Below are positions 9,333-19,457 of a stretch of 64,000 nt of DNA, piece after piece. The DNA comes from a virus (lineage: Duplodnaviria; Heunggongvirae; Uroviricota; Caudoviricetes), in IMG/VR virus record IMGVR_UViG_3300023179_004209, positions 1 through 64,000 of that record; one strand, written 5' to 3'. Every line of letters starts with the position of its first letter. The stretch's first letter is position 1. The position numbers and the translations under genes are program-made. The notes under the pieces were generated by a model that was not told the origin of the DNA, did no database searches, and was given only the letters and a program-made list of their open reading frames with translations.

Positions 9333-11947
9333 AATGATTGATATATCTCTGATTCTTTCAATTGTTGTTTAAAATATTCTATTGTTATTTGTTTTCTCTT
9401 ATCAAATGTCATTAAATATTGATGTGTATATTTGATTAGATCTATATTATTTAATTTTTCGTTGGCCTCTTTCAATGAATCAAAATAAAATGGATAATTT
9501 TCACCTAGATATTCGATTGTAGCTGGATGTTTATTAATTAATATTGGAGTACCTCTTGCAATACATTCTATTACAGCATTATTTGCACTGGTATCATACA
9601 AATCCAAAAACACAATATTTTTTGATAACAATATATCGTAATCATTGTTCTCTAAATGATCTATGATTTTTACAGAATCAATTTGTTTCTTACTTAATGT
9701 AATGTTATACAAATCTAATTCTATATTAGATAATCTTAATATAGTATCTTTACATTTATTGTTAGGCATCAATCTAATTTTTTCATATTGTCCACTATCC
9801 AACAAGAATATAGAATTTAATTTTCTCAACCACCATCCAATATTAACAACTTTTTTGTTTTTATTTTTATAAAAATCATCAAAACTAAATTTCAACTCGG
9901 GTATCTCGGTTGGATGATACAATACATTTACAGGAGTATGATGTAAATAATGTTTCAAAAATCTTTTATAATAATTTGACAAAACATATAATCCTTTACA
10001 GTTATTCAATGACTCTTTAAATAATTCATCATTAAGTAATGATTGTGGATATGAATTATTATCACTAAACCATAATGGCATATTTGGCGGATTGTGCAAA
10101 AATCCAATCCATGGTTCTCTATATGGTATTATATTATCCGCAATATATTGATTTTTACGCCAACTAAACGCATTTTCAATAAATCCGTCAAAGTAAACTC
10201 CTAGAGGATTATTAAAATCAGACATATTATGTACAACATAATCCCATCCAGATCTATGCGAATAAAAAGAAGTTTGTACTCCTAAATTAATTTTACCAGA
10301 AACATTATTATCTTTTATTCTTACAGTCATCTCACCATAATCGCCAACATATTCTGTTACTGATTTACCTCCAGCATTAATTTTTCTAATATTTTCATTG
10401 ATATAATTAATCTTATTAACAGGAATATTAACCTCTTTATTAGATGATGTAACTTTTATAGCATATAACTTACATGATAACTTTCTATTATCAGTAGAAA
10501 AATTTGTAGTTTTTGATGGTATAAAAAACCCACTTTCAATTACAATTTTATTTGTATTTTTTACCGAAATCTTAATACTCTGTTGACCTTCATTTAAATT
10601 AAATACAGATACTATTCCTTTATCGTTAATTACTTGGAATATATTGGATTGGATTAGATTTATGATATCTAATGTTATAAAATCAATATTTTCATTGATA
10701 TAAATTTCATTTTTATCACTCATCCATTTAAAATATACATTATTAGAAATTTCCAATGAATATAACCCTTCACCAAAATTGATTTTATCTTTATAATCTA
10801 TTTTTAATAATTTATTTAATAATGATATACAATGATCTTTATCTGCAATTGCCCACTTATATGTATCATCCAATCTAAATTGAAAAAATACGCTCTCATT
10901 TACTGATAATGGATTGAGTTTATAATCGACCAATCCTTCGTAATTTTTTCCTAAATATTCTGTATGTCCTCCATAACCAGTAATAATTATTTTTTTATTA
11001 TTATTAAATGCGTCAAATGAACCTAAACAAAATCCTTCTGTCTTTGTTAAATGAAAATAACAATCACCGATGTCATGCAAAGATTTAATCTCATCATAAT
11101 TTAAATTGTCTTTAATATAAATTATAGGAGCATGATCATATCTATTAGAAATTTTTATAATTTCATCTATACATTTTTGTTTTTCTTCTTCGGAATAGTT
11201 TAATTTAAATGTTTTTATAAATAATACAACATTATCTTTAGATGTAAATGCATTACAAAATGCATCAATTGTTTCAATTATGCCTTTTCTTTCAATTAAT
11301 TGACCAATACAATAAAATTTATATGATTTTTCTAAATTTAGTTTTTCTTCATTTTTACATAACATTATGCTTTTAGTTAATAAATGTTTTAACCCGGTCT
11401 TTTTATGTGGATAATCTATATAAACATGTGGTTCAACTATGATAGGTTTAATTACACCGTTATTAATGAAACATTGTTTATTCCACTCAGTGGGTACACT
11501 CACAAAGTCAACTATACTTGTATTAATTGCATCAACCCAAGATGGTAATAATTTTTCAAATTCCCAAACAGTTCTACCAATAATTGTTTTATTTTGTAAA
11601 TTAATATTTGGCGCATTTTTAATTACCTGTGTCCAAATATCAGGAGTAGAATGTACAATTATTGTATTATACTCAATATCTGATGTCGTATTTGCATTAA
11701 TATAATCGTGGAATCTATCTTTTTCGTTAACTTCATCATTACAATTAAAATACTGAGTTTTTACAGGTATCTTTTTACTAATATAATCGTAAATATATCC
11801 TTTAGCCGCATTAGCATATCCACTAGTACCATTCTGACAAATATATAATACAGATTTATCTTTATATGAAAACGAATTATCCATGATAACTTCTTTCTTT
11901 TTAAAGATATAACTATGTAGTAAATTAAATTTATCAGTAGAAACCAT
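9329..11947 (-). CDS. Multi-domain glycosyltransferase (GT4 domain + beta-rich linker + second GT-B-like domain)
   Basis: SGYANAA, TVWE, ERKG, TKTEGFCLGSFDA; C-terminal HRSGW...HPTE...SANNAVIECIARGTPILINK. Confidence 0.75.
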   Translation of the reverse strand: MVSTDKFNLLHSYIFKKKEVIMDNSFSYKDKSVLYICQNGTSGYANAAKGYIYDYISKKIPVKTQYFNCNDEVNEKDRFHDYINANTTSDIEYNTIIVHSTPDIWTQVIKNAPNINLQNKTIIGRTVWEFEKLLPSWVDAINTSIVDFVSVPTEWNKQCFINNGVIKPIIVEPHVYIDYPHKKTGLKHLLTKSIMLCKNEEKLNLEKSYKFYCIGQLIERKGIIETIDAFCNAFTSKDNVVLFIKTFKLNYSEEEKQKCIDEIIKISNRYDHAPIIYIKDNLNYDEIKSLHDIGDCYFHLTKTEGFCLGSFDAFNNNKKIIITGYGGHTEYLGKNYEGLVDYKLNPLSVNESVFFQFRLDDTYKWAIADKDHCISLLNKLLKIDYKDKINFGEGLYSLEISNNVYFKWMSDKNEIYINENIDFITLDIINLIQSNIFQVINDKGIVSVFNLNEGQQSIKISVKNTNKIVIESGFFIPSKTTNFSTDNRKLSCKLYAIKVTSSNKEVNIPVNKINYINENIRKINAGGKSVTEYVGDYGEMTVRIKDNNVSGKINLGVQTSFYSHRSGWDYVVHNMSDFNNPLGVYFDGFIENAFSWRKNQYIADNIIPYREPWIGFLHNPPNMPLWFSDNNSYPQSLLNDELFKESLNNCKGLYVLSNYYKRFLKHYLHHTPVNVLYHPTEIPELKFSFDDFYKNKNKKVVNIGWWLRKLNSIFLLDSGQYEKIRLMPNNKCKDTILRLSNIELDLYNITLSKKQIDSVKIIDHLENNDYDILLSKNIVFLDLYDTSANNAVIECIARGTPILINKHPATIEYLGENYPFYFDSLKEANEKLNNIDLIKYTHQYLMTFDKRKQITIEYFKQQLKESEIYQSL

Positions 11948-12897
11948 TATTTTAAATCTTTAATCAACTTGGCAATACAAGCCATAAAAGTAATCTCACG
12001 ATTAACTACCATAGCACTCTGATATATATATTCAGCCAAAGTTAAAATTACTAATGTTTGTTTCCCATTGGAATATTCGTCTACCTTATCAAACAATACT
12101 TCATAAATTTCTTCATAATGTTTGATATCACTATCCGCAACCAACTGTCTAATATCATTAAAAGCAGTAGAACCACGATTCTTTAACAACTCCACTATCT
12201 TGTTCTTAACATCAACATTGGTACTGTTCAATTCACTAATCTTGATCTTATTATCAATTACACTCTGTTGACTATAGTTTAGAATCTTACGGATATCTGG
12301 ATAATATGTATTAACAATATAACCCAAATCTTCCGGTGTATATTGTACATTTTCCTTATCCAGTATATTCTTTAGATGTACTGCAACTTCCTTCTTGCTC
12401 AACGGTTCAATCTTATATGTCTGACAACGAGAAACTATAGGGGGAATAATTTTCTCTGCATAGTTACATGTTAGAATAAACCGTGTAGTCAAACTATAAG
12501 TTTCCATCATGTTACGAAGAGCTGCTTGAGCTTCTGGACTCAAGAAATCTGATTCGTCAAGAATAATAACCTTGATCTTCTTAAAACCAACACTACTAGC
12601 AAAACTCTTAATCTTGGTCCGTACATTTTCTACACTGTTTTCATCAGATGCATTGATATACATTACATCACAATCAATATTCTTTGTAATAGCCTTAGCC
12701 AGTGTAGTTTTACCTGTACCAGCCGTACCATAAAATAACAAATGAGGAATGTCATGTTTTTCAATATAACCTTTGACAGTATCCTTTAATTGTTGATTTC
12801 CAATATAATTCTCTAAAGTGTTGGGACGATACTTCTCAACCCATAGATAATGTTGCGTTTCAGTCTGTTTAACTTCTTCAAATGCAATAAAACTCAT
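11947..12897 (-). CDS. Clamp loader large subunit (gp44/RFC-like AAA+)
   Basis: WVEKYRP, GTAGTGKTT, INASD, ILDESD, SRC motifs. Confidence 0.95.
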   Translation of the reverse strand: MSFIAFEEVKQTETQHYLWVEKYRPNTLENYIGNQQLKDTVKGYIEKHDIPHLLFYGTAGTGKTTLAKAITKNIDCDVMYINASDENSVENVRTKIKSFASSVGFKKIKVIILDESDFLSPEAQAALRNMMETYSLTTRFILTCNYAEKIIPPIVSRCQTYKIEPLSKKEVAVHLKNILDKENVQYTPEDLGYIVNTYYPDIRKILNYSQQSVIDNKIKISELNSTNVDVKNKIVELLKNRGSTAFNDIRQLVADSDIKHYEEIYEVLFDKVDEYSNGKQTLVILTLAEYIYQSAMVVNREITFMACIAKLIKDLK

Positions 12898-12906
12898 ATC
12901 TTTAAT

Positions 12907-12934
12907 AGTCTACCATACGAAATCCAAATGTCAA
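12907..12934 (-). promoter_or_regulatory. Sigma70-like promoter for clamp loader
   Basis: TTGACA-N16-TAGACT with TG extension, 9 nt before ATG. Confidence 0.6.
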
Positions 12935-12937
12935 CCA

Positions 12938-12972
12938 ACAAAAAACCCCGTATACTTTACAATATACGGGGT
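12938..12972 (-). terminator. Intrinsic terminator after sliding clamp
   Basis: ACCCCGTATA/TATACGGGGT stem followed by a T tract on the minus strand. Confidence 0.8.
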
Positions 12973-12990
12973 CACATTCATTAATAACTA

Positions 12991-13728
12991 TTAGTCAATA
13001 CTCTTGACTTCAACAAGGTAATATTCAGCAGTAATATCACCACATACGAATTCAACACTCGCCAATCCAGCTTCACTAACCTTCAAGTGAGCATTGGTAC
13101 AATCCTTGTTAGCAACAAGAATTTCCTTTAGATGATTAGCATTGAAGTTAATATTCTTAGTTACAGTATCTTTGCCTCCAATCGCATTTACTGCCAATTT
13201 AATACGATTACTATTGATACTAGAATAACCAATAATCACTTCCAACTTACCTTTCTTGTTCATGGTCAATGTAAATGTATCTACATCAGCCAATGCACTC
13301 TTAGATGATACAAACTTTGAAATAAAGTCCGCATCCAACGGAATTTCCACAGTAAATGGGGGAACTTTCTTAAGCGGAGGAGCAGAAGGAATTACACTCA
13401 AATCTGCAATAACATACTGAACATCAGTAGTTTCATCACTAAATACTACGCTGGTAATCTTATCGCCAGCTTTATTATATTCAGTCTTGATTTCATCTTT
13501 CAATACACCAAGAAGTTTAACCAACTTGGATGTATCATTGATACCCAATTCACCATCAGCCAATTCACTGAAGTTATTGAGTGTGACCTTTAATAGGACA
13601 TTCTTATCCTCAGTAATTGCATTTGTAATCAATTGTTTATTTGATGTATTCGCAACCCACTTTACGGATTCAATTGTTCCACCTAGATAATATTTATTAA
13701 TGAATGTTTTTAATGTTTCTTTTGTCAT
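12991..13728 (-). CDS. DNA polymerase sliding clamp (gp45/PCNA-like)
   Basis: 245 aa between polB and clamp loader; GINDTSKL, YVIADLSVI, terminal AEYYLV pattern typical of clamps. Confidence 0.8.
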   Translation of the reverse strand: MTKETLKTFINKYYLGGTIESVKWVANTSNKQLITNAITEDKNVLLKVTLNNFSELADGELGINDTSKLVKLLGVLKDEIKTEYNKAGDKITSVVFSDETTDVQYVIADLSVIPSAPPLKKVPPFTVEIPLDADFISKFVSSKSALADVDTFTLTMNKKGKLEVIIGYSSINSNRIKLAVNAIGGKDTVTKNINFNANHLKEILVANKDCTNAHLKVSEAGLASVEFVCGDITAEYYLVEVKSID

Positions 13729-13736
13729 ACTTCTTT

Positions 13737-13764
13737 AGTTTACTATATTTTTATGGTTTGTCTA
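13737..13764 (-). promoter_or_regulatory. Sigma70-like promoter for sliding clamp
   Basis: TAGACA-N16-TAAACT, 8 nt before ATG. Confidence 0.45.
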
Positions 13765-13768
13765 TTTT

Positions 13769-14185
13769 TTATTTTGATTCAAAATCAAAAAATTCTTTGG
13801 CTGTTTCAGTGTAATCATCGGGTAAAATCATACATGATGATCCGTCAACTTTATATAAATCACTTGGAGAAATATAAAAATATCCTATCTTGTAGTCTGC
13901 ATAAGCAACACTTCTCATTTGATAATACACTTTTACATCACAATCAGTTGTTCTAAATTCAATGTAATATACTTTTGGGTCACTTAATCTATATAACTGA
14001 CTACACGGTATATGCAATGCATTACAAATGATTTGATTTTTATTAAACTCTACGTATGGTCCCCGTTGTCCTATAACCACTCTGTTATAACCTTTAGAAA
14101 TAGCAAAATGTGGTGCATTTAGATACAAAGGGATATTTGATCCATCCTCTATTGGAATGGTTAGCATTTCTTTATATTTACTCAT
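13769..14185 (-). CDS. Hypothetical protein
   Basis: 138 aa ORF in operon; GYNRVVIGQRGPYVEF and YYQ.RSVAYADYK look conserved but function not recognised. Confidence 0.6.
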   Translation of the reverse strand: MSKYKEMLTIPIEDGSNIPLYLNAPHFAISKGYNRVVIGQRGPYVEFNKNQIICNALHIPCSQLYRLSDPKVYYIEFRTTDCDVKVYYQMRSVAYADYKIGYFYISPSDLYKVDGSSCMILPDDYTETAKEFFDFESK

Positions 14186-14190
14186 AACAA

Positions 14191-16725
14191 TTAAAATCCG
14201 AAAAACTCACTAGCTTTTGCGTCATTTTCGTTAGGATAATCCCAACCAAGAACTTTATAAAAGTCTTCTAGTTTACTCTTTAGTTCTTGTTCATACATTG
14301 CTTCACGGTCAACATACTTCAAAATGAAGTCCATAATTTGATCAGGATCAGTACCATCAGCCTTCATAGCCAATCCTTCAATGCCATATTCATTTTGTTT
14401 CATGTATACCCATTTGATTTTCTGTCCGTGTAGAATTTTAGGAACAGTTTTAACTAAATTCCACTTAACAAGTAGATCATTATAAGCTAAAGCAGCTTTA
14501 GCTTGTGCAGGAGTACCACTTACAAACTTAAATGCTGGTCGTTTATTACTATCATACACCTTTGTTTTATCTTGACTATTAAATTTTACGCTGGTGTTTT
14601 TAGCAATATCAATAACATTCAACGTCTTGATGCTTTCTTTAAAATCTAAGATATTCTTATCAATAGTTTCTTTATCCACTTTCTTTAACAAATCAATCAA
14701 GAAACCATGCATAAATGTACGGAATTTGGCAGGAAATGATGTTCTAACAACGTCAATGCCTTTAACTTCCAATTCATCGCACACTACACCACCTTTATTG
14801 ATAATGAATTGTGCATAACGTTTCTTTGCCAACCAGAATGATGTCTTTGCAATAACTTCTTGTTTTGCATCAAATCTATGTTTTTGAACATTAAACATAC
14901 GATCTGCCATAACATCAAACATTTGGTTTACGAATGTTTGGACTTCACTACAAACTTTTAGAATTGCGTGTGTCATTTGTTCTTCATTTTTGAGATCAAT
15001 ATCTGGCATTGTCTTTTGAATGATAGGTAAAGCACTAGCAAAACAAGAGTCGGTATCAGTGTAAATAAGATAATCACCATCTTCTTTAAGAACATTTTTG
15101 TAATATTGATTAATAGATTTACCCGCAGTTTTAATGATATCAACACCAGTCAAAGTGACTGCTTCAGCATTGTCCTTATCATAAAAACGGAATACAGGTA
15201 GACCCAAACAACCGTAAATACTGTTAAGCAAAATCTTTTGAATTTTTTGTCTGTTATCGTAGAACTCATATTTTTCCCATTCTTTTAAATCCGCATGTTT
15301 CTTAGCTAGTTTACGAAGATTCTTACGTTCATCGAACCATTTAACTAGAATACTAGGAATAGTTCCCATTTCACCACTTTCGCCAGGTTTCTTATATAGA
15401 ACACCATTACTAGCAATACTAAAATTATTCTCCGTCAACATCGACTTAAAATCAGAAGGAGTATATGGAGTACCAGAGATGTATATACTATTCAACCCAT
15501 TCTTAACATATTCTTCCACATTCCAATTGTCTACTTTACCTACTTTAGTCTCTGGACTGATGTTAAGACTGATGATGATATTCGGATACATTGATGTAAG
15601 GTCCAAGTCAAAGACCCAATCATAACGACCGGGAATAGGATCTTTAACATAAGCACCTTCAAAACCTTCTTCATTTTGTTCCAATTGGTTTTCATATTCA
15701 GCTCTACCTTCCAATGACTTGTTAGGAGCAACTTGTTTCTTTCTACGAAGATAAATAAGAATAGCACCTTCCAAAAACCTAGAACTCATACCGAAATTCT
15801 CGTAACCTACGTGTCCAGTATGACAAATACCTCTAGCTAGATCAATAAATTGTAATTTCTTATCAAGAGCAACAACGATCTTAACGTCATTCAAGTTATA
15901 TTCAATGTATTTGTTAATATCTTCTTTATACAAATCATTCAAACTACCTTTGTAACTGATCTTATCAATATTAACAACCTTCTTACCAATAGCACCTAGA
16001 GCATAACTTGGTTCATTCTTACCACTGAACTTCTTGTATAGGATCATATAGTCCAAACAAGATACACCTGCAATAGTCATGCGTTCCAAGAACTTGTTGA
16101 AATAACAAATACCAATTGGACTTAGACGTTTAGCATTGGTTTCACCAACAACACGCTTTGCACGGTTGTACAAGTAAACCATATCAAATCCGTCAATATT
16201 CCAACCAGTCACAATAGTTGGTTGAATTTCTTCCCATTTGGTGAAGAAGTGCATCAATAATGATTCTTCATTATCATAGGATTTAATCTCAACACCGTCA
16301 CTAACACTATCTTTCAACTTCATTTCTTTATCCAAAATGAATGCAGTATATTGTTTAGTTGCATCATCATGAATAGCAATAGCAGTAATTTCCTTGTCAC
16401 CTTCTTCAATGACGGGAAATCCACCTTCAGAACTAACTTCAATATCGATTGTAACTACACGATGACCTTTTGATGGTTCATCACTATCTTCATATGCATC
16501 AATAAGAATACGAGTTTCCATTGGAACATCACTTTCAAATAATGATGGATCTCTTGGATTAAAATTATAGATCTTTTCTAATTTATCGCCATAGATTGAA
16601 CGATAAATACCATTTGGACTTTTTCTATATGCGTAATTTCTGAATGGAAATGTTACATAACCCTTTTCGTCATCCCACAAATGAACAACATTTTCTTTCT
16701 TGTCGATGAATATATTTTGATACAT
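14191..16725 (-). CDS. Family B DNA polymerase (gp43-like)
   Basis: Exo DIE, GWN..FD; DLTSMYP, KILLNSIYG, YTDTDS, KKRY, KG. Confidence 0.97.
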   Translation of the reverse strand: MYQNIFIDKKENVVHLWDDEKGYVTFPFRNYAYRKSPNGIYRSIYGDKLEKIYNFNPRDPSLFESDVPMETRILIDAYEDSDEPSKGHRVVTIDIEVSSEGGFPVIEEGDKEITAIAIHDDATKQYTAFILDKEMKLKDSVSDGVEIKSYDNEESLLMHFFTKWEEIQPTIVTGWNIDGFDMVYLYNRAKRVVGETNAKRLSPIGICYFNKFLERMTIAGVSCLDYMILYKKFSGKNEPSYALGAIGKKVVNIDKISYKGSLNDLYKEDINKYIEYNLNDVKIVVALDKKLQFIDLARGICHTGHVGYENFGMSSRFLEGAILIYLRRKKQVAPNKSLEGRAEYENQLEQNEEGFEGAYVKDPIPGRYDWVFDLDLTSMYPNIIISLNISPETKVGKVDNWNVEEYVKNGLNSIYISGTPYTPSDFKSMLTENNFSIASNGVLYKKPGESGEMGTIPSILVKWFDERKNLRKLAKKHADLKEWEKYEFYDNRQKIQKILLNSIYGCLGLPVFRFYDKDNAEAVTLTGVDIIKTAGKSINQYYKNVLKEDGDYLIYTDTDSCFASALPIIQKTMPDIDLKNEEQMTHAILKVCSEVQTFVNQMFDVMADRMFNVQKHRFDAKQEVIAKTSFWLAKKRYAQFIINKGGVVCDELEVKGIDVVRTSFPAKFRTFMHGFLIDLLKKVDKETIDKNILDFKESIKTLNVIDIAKNTSVKFNSQDKTKVYDSNKRPAFKFVSGTPAQAKAALAYNDLLVKWNLVKTVPKILHGQKIKWVYMKQNEYGIEGLAMKADGTDPDQIMDFILKYVDREAMYEQELKSKLEDFYKVLGWDYPNENDAKASEFFGF

Positions 16726-16727
16726 AA

Positions 16728-16955
16728 TTAATAACCCAACTTACTTTTCAGTGATGTATATATGCCAATGTACTCTGGTTTGACATATTTGTCAAACTGA
16801 TTTACTCTTTCTCTGAGTTTATGGTCTTTTATAGAAGGAAAAAGTACAGGTTCCATTTGATGTCCAGCTAATACAGGAGGATTTCCCATATTAACTATAC
16901 CCCAAAGCATTGTAACTTCGTCTTCTGTTAGTGAATGTAACTGGTCTAATGTCAT
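16728..16955 (-). CDS. Hypothetical protein
   Basis: 75 aa, coupled to both neighbours. Confidence 0.55.
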   Translation of the reverse strand: MTLDQLHSLTEDEVTMLWGIVNMGNPPVLAGHQMEPVLFPSIKDHKLRERVNQFDKYVKPEYIGIYTSLKSKLGY

Positions 16956-17686
16956 TTTAGTTTAATACCAAATATATTGGTACTATAACTAACGAACAAA
17001 ACATTGTCAAGTTTATTTTTTAATTTTTCTAATTCTTTTGTATGAATTTCTTTTTCTGCATCATCTACTTCTTTAACACTGAAACTATTTCCTGTAGTGA
17101 TACCTACATTACCTCTAGGACTTAAATTTACTTGTGGTGTAATAACCAAATAATCACCCTCTTTTAACTCTTTCTTTTTACTGGATTTACCATCCAATAC
17201 TAGAATTTTACCTTCTACTACATATATGTGTGTATATTTTGCACCTGATTTAGCAAAGAATTTACTTTTACCAAAGTTAATGAATCCCATTGATGTGCCA
17301 ATGTTGTGTACATTTGTAGTTATATTGACGCAATAAATTTCTCCGTCAAATGTAAAATTAAACAAACTTTCTTTTACTTTAACGATATTTGGCAATTTGA
17401 AATCATTTTCATACACTGTTTGAGTTTGGCTAAAATATACAGATGTATTTTCCAATTGATTTACTGCAATTTGATGTGGAAACATATAGTTAGCATAATC
17501 ATTAGATTTAGTAGTAATAGACAATCCATTTAATAATGTAAATGTTTTACCATTGATTGTTGGAAGTACACTCAATTTATTATTGATTACTTCAGATAAT
17601 TCAGTCTTTTCGTTTGCGTCATACAAAAATAAATCGTTGGCAAACAAGGACATACAGCTTAATAGAATAATTATAATTTTGTTCAT
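16952..17686 (-). CDS. Exported FecR-like beta-rich protein
   Basis: Signal-like N-terminus MNKIIIILLSCMSLFA; THIYVVEGKILV...LKEG resembles the FecR domain. Confidence 0.5.
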   Translation of the reverse strand: MNKIIIILLSCMSLFANDLFLYDANEKTELSEVINNKLSVLPTINGKTFTLLNGLSITTKSNDYANYMFPHQIAVNQLENTSVYFSQTQTVYENDFKLPNIVKVKESLFNFTFDGEIYCVNITTNVHNIGTSMGFINFGKSKFFAKSGAKYTHIYVVEGKILVLDGKSSKKKELKEGDYLVITPQVNLSPRGNVGITTGNSFSVKEVDDAEKEIHTKELEKLKNKLDNVLFVSYSTNIFGIKLK

Positions 17687-17709
17687 ATAGAATAAATAGT
17701 TGTTATAAA

Positions 17710-17737
17710 TTGACTTATCTTAGTTATAATGTAAAGT
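17710..17737 (+). promoter_or_regulatory. Sigma70-like promoter for the plus-strand block
   Basis: TTGACT-N16-TAAAGT, 6 nt before ATG 17744. Confidence 0.55.
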
Positions 17738-17743
17738 GTACGA

Positions 17744-18652
17744 ATGGAAAATCAAGAAATAAAAAAGAAAAAGGTAAGTTTCAGTCAGTATTCTATGTGG
17801 ATGAAATGTCCATATAGTTGGAAACTTAACTATCTGGAAGGTAAACGAATCTATGATGCTAGTTTAAATATATTTTTTGGTACCGCAATTCATCATTCTA
17901 TTCAAACATTTTTGCAAACATTGTATACTGAATCTGTTGAAAAAGCAGATAGTATCAATTTGTATGAATTATTCAAAGCTAAGTTTGAAGAAGAAATTCA
18001 GAAAGAAAAGAATAAACCAGATAGTAAATTTACATTTACCGATGATGAATACACTGAATTTATCTTTGATGGAGAAGACATCTTAAAGACATTTTTAAGT
18101 TCGAAGAACCGACTCAAGTATTTTCCTTCTCAGAAATATGAATTTATTGGTATTGAAGTACCATTGGATATGTCTATTAAAAACAATGTAGACTTTATTG
18201 CATATTTAGATTTGGTTCTTAAAGATAAAGAAACTGGCAAGTATAAGATTTATGACTTTAAAACCAGTTCTAATGGATGGAATAAGTATCAAAAGGAAGA
18301 TCCAGCGAAGTTTAGTCAGATCTTGCTATATAAAGCATTTTATGCGAAGAAGTTCGCTGTAGATTTGAACATGATAGAAGTAGAATTCTTTATCTTAAAG
18401 AGAAAACTATATGAAAATGTAGATTTCCCACAAAGTCGCATTCAAATCTTTGAACCGATGCATAATAAACAAGCAGTAATATCTACTATTAATGACTTTG
18501 GTACGTTTGTAACAGAGTGTTTTACTGTAGATGGTACATATAATGTAAGTGGTTCATATCCAAAGATTCCTGGTAAAGCCAAAAAGAATTGCAAATATTG
18601 TTCACATCATAAGGTAAATTGTGACGGCAAAGAAGATAAATTGTTGAATTAA
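17744..18652 (+). CDS. PD-(D/E)XK (RecB/Cas4-like) exonuclease
   Basis: SFSQ..CP, FGTAIH, LDLV...IYDFKTS, Q..LY, terminal CKYC...C. Confidence 0.85.
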   Translation: MENQEIKKKKVSFSQYSMWMKCPYSWKLNYLEGKRIYDASLNIFFGTAIHHSIQTFLQTLYTESVEKADSINLYELFKAKFEEEIQKEKNKPDSKFTFTDDEYTEFIFDGEDILKTFLSSKNRLKYFPSQKYEFIGIEVPLDMSIKNNVDFIAYLDLVLKDKETGKYKIYDFKTSSNGWNKYQKEDPAKFSQILLYKAFYAKKFAVDLNMIEVEFFILKRKLYENVDFPQSRIQIFEPMHNKQAVISTINDFGTFVTECFTVDGTYNVSGSYPKIPGKAKKNCKYCSHHKVNCDGKEDKLLN

Positions 18653-18660
18653 AATTAATA

Positions 18661-18689
18661 TATATGTATATATACATATACGTATATGT
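18661..18689. promoter_or_regulatory. Overlapping palindromes, candidate operator
   Basis: TATATGTATATATACATATA (20 bp, 18661-18680) and ACATATACGTATATGT (16 bp, 18674-18689) directly before ATG 18693. Confidence 0.55.
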
Positions 18690-18692
18690 TGT

Positions 18693-18923
18693 ATGAAATA
18701 TGATAGTATAACAACAATAAAGGTAAACAAACAGTTATATGATTCATTTAAGATTGATAATATTAAGAGTAAGTTCAATTTACAAGATTTAGTGAGTCGT
18801 TCAATGTATTTGTATATGAATGACAAGGAATTTAGAGATAAACTTTATAATTTTATATTGCCAATATTGAGTGAAGCGTCACAACAAACAGTTTTAAACA
18901 TTTCAGGATCTAAAAAAGTATGA
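18693..18923 (+). CDS. Small ribbon-helix-helix-like DNA-binding protein
   Basis: TTIKVN strand followed by two amphipathic helices; heads the glycan operon. Confidence 0.55.
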   Translation: MKYDSITTIKVNKQLYDSFKIDNIKSKFNLQDLVSRSMYLYMNDKEFRDKLYNFILPILSEASQQTVLNISGSKKV

Positions 18924-19450
18924 GTAAAAAGAAAATTCTATTATTATCCGACGATTTGCGTATGCATAGTGGTATTGCTACTATGTCTAGAGAATTAGTT
19001 TTGGGTACAGTTCATCATTATGATTGGGTTCAAATTGCAGGAGCAATTAAACATCCAGAAGCAAACAAAGTTGTTGATTTGAGTCAAGCAACAAGAGATA
19101 TGGTTAAAGTTCCAGACGCTTATGTTAAATTGTATCCTACTGATGGTTATGGTAACGATCAGATGTTATTTGCTGTTATGCAAGCAGAAAAACCAGATGC
19201 AATCATGCATTTTACCGATCCCAGATTCTGGGGATGGTTGTATGCTATTGAAAAACAAGTTCGTTCTAAAATTCCATTAACATATCTTCATATTTGGGAC
19301 GATTTGCCATATCCTATGTGGAATAAACCATTCTATCAGAGTTGTGATGCATTGTTTGCTATTAGTAAACAATCAAATAATATTGCTAAACATGTATTGG
19401 GAGCAGAAAACTGTTTCTCACTAGACGAAGTAAACAATCAACCAGTTTAA
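18920..19450 (+). CDS. GT4-like glycosyltransferase, N-terminal half
   Basis: KILLLSDD..HSGIA, FTDPR, YLHIWD; lacks the donor-binding domain. Confidence 0.7.
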   Translation: MSKKKILLLSDDLRMHSGIATMSRELVLGTVHHYDWVQIAGAIKHPEANKVVDLSQATRDMVKVPDAYVKLYPTDGYGNDQMLFAVMQAEKPDAIMHFTDPRFWGWLYAIEKQVRSKIPLTYLHIWDDLPYPMWNKPFYQSCDALFAISKQSNNIAKHVLGAENCFSLDEVNNQPV

Positions 19451-19457
19451 TAAAGTT

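Noticed and set aside
17744-18652. Cas4 / CRISPR system
   Set aside because: No repeat-spacer array or other cas genes; stand-alone PD-(D/E)XK nucleases are common in phages.
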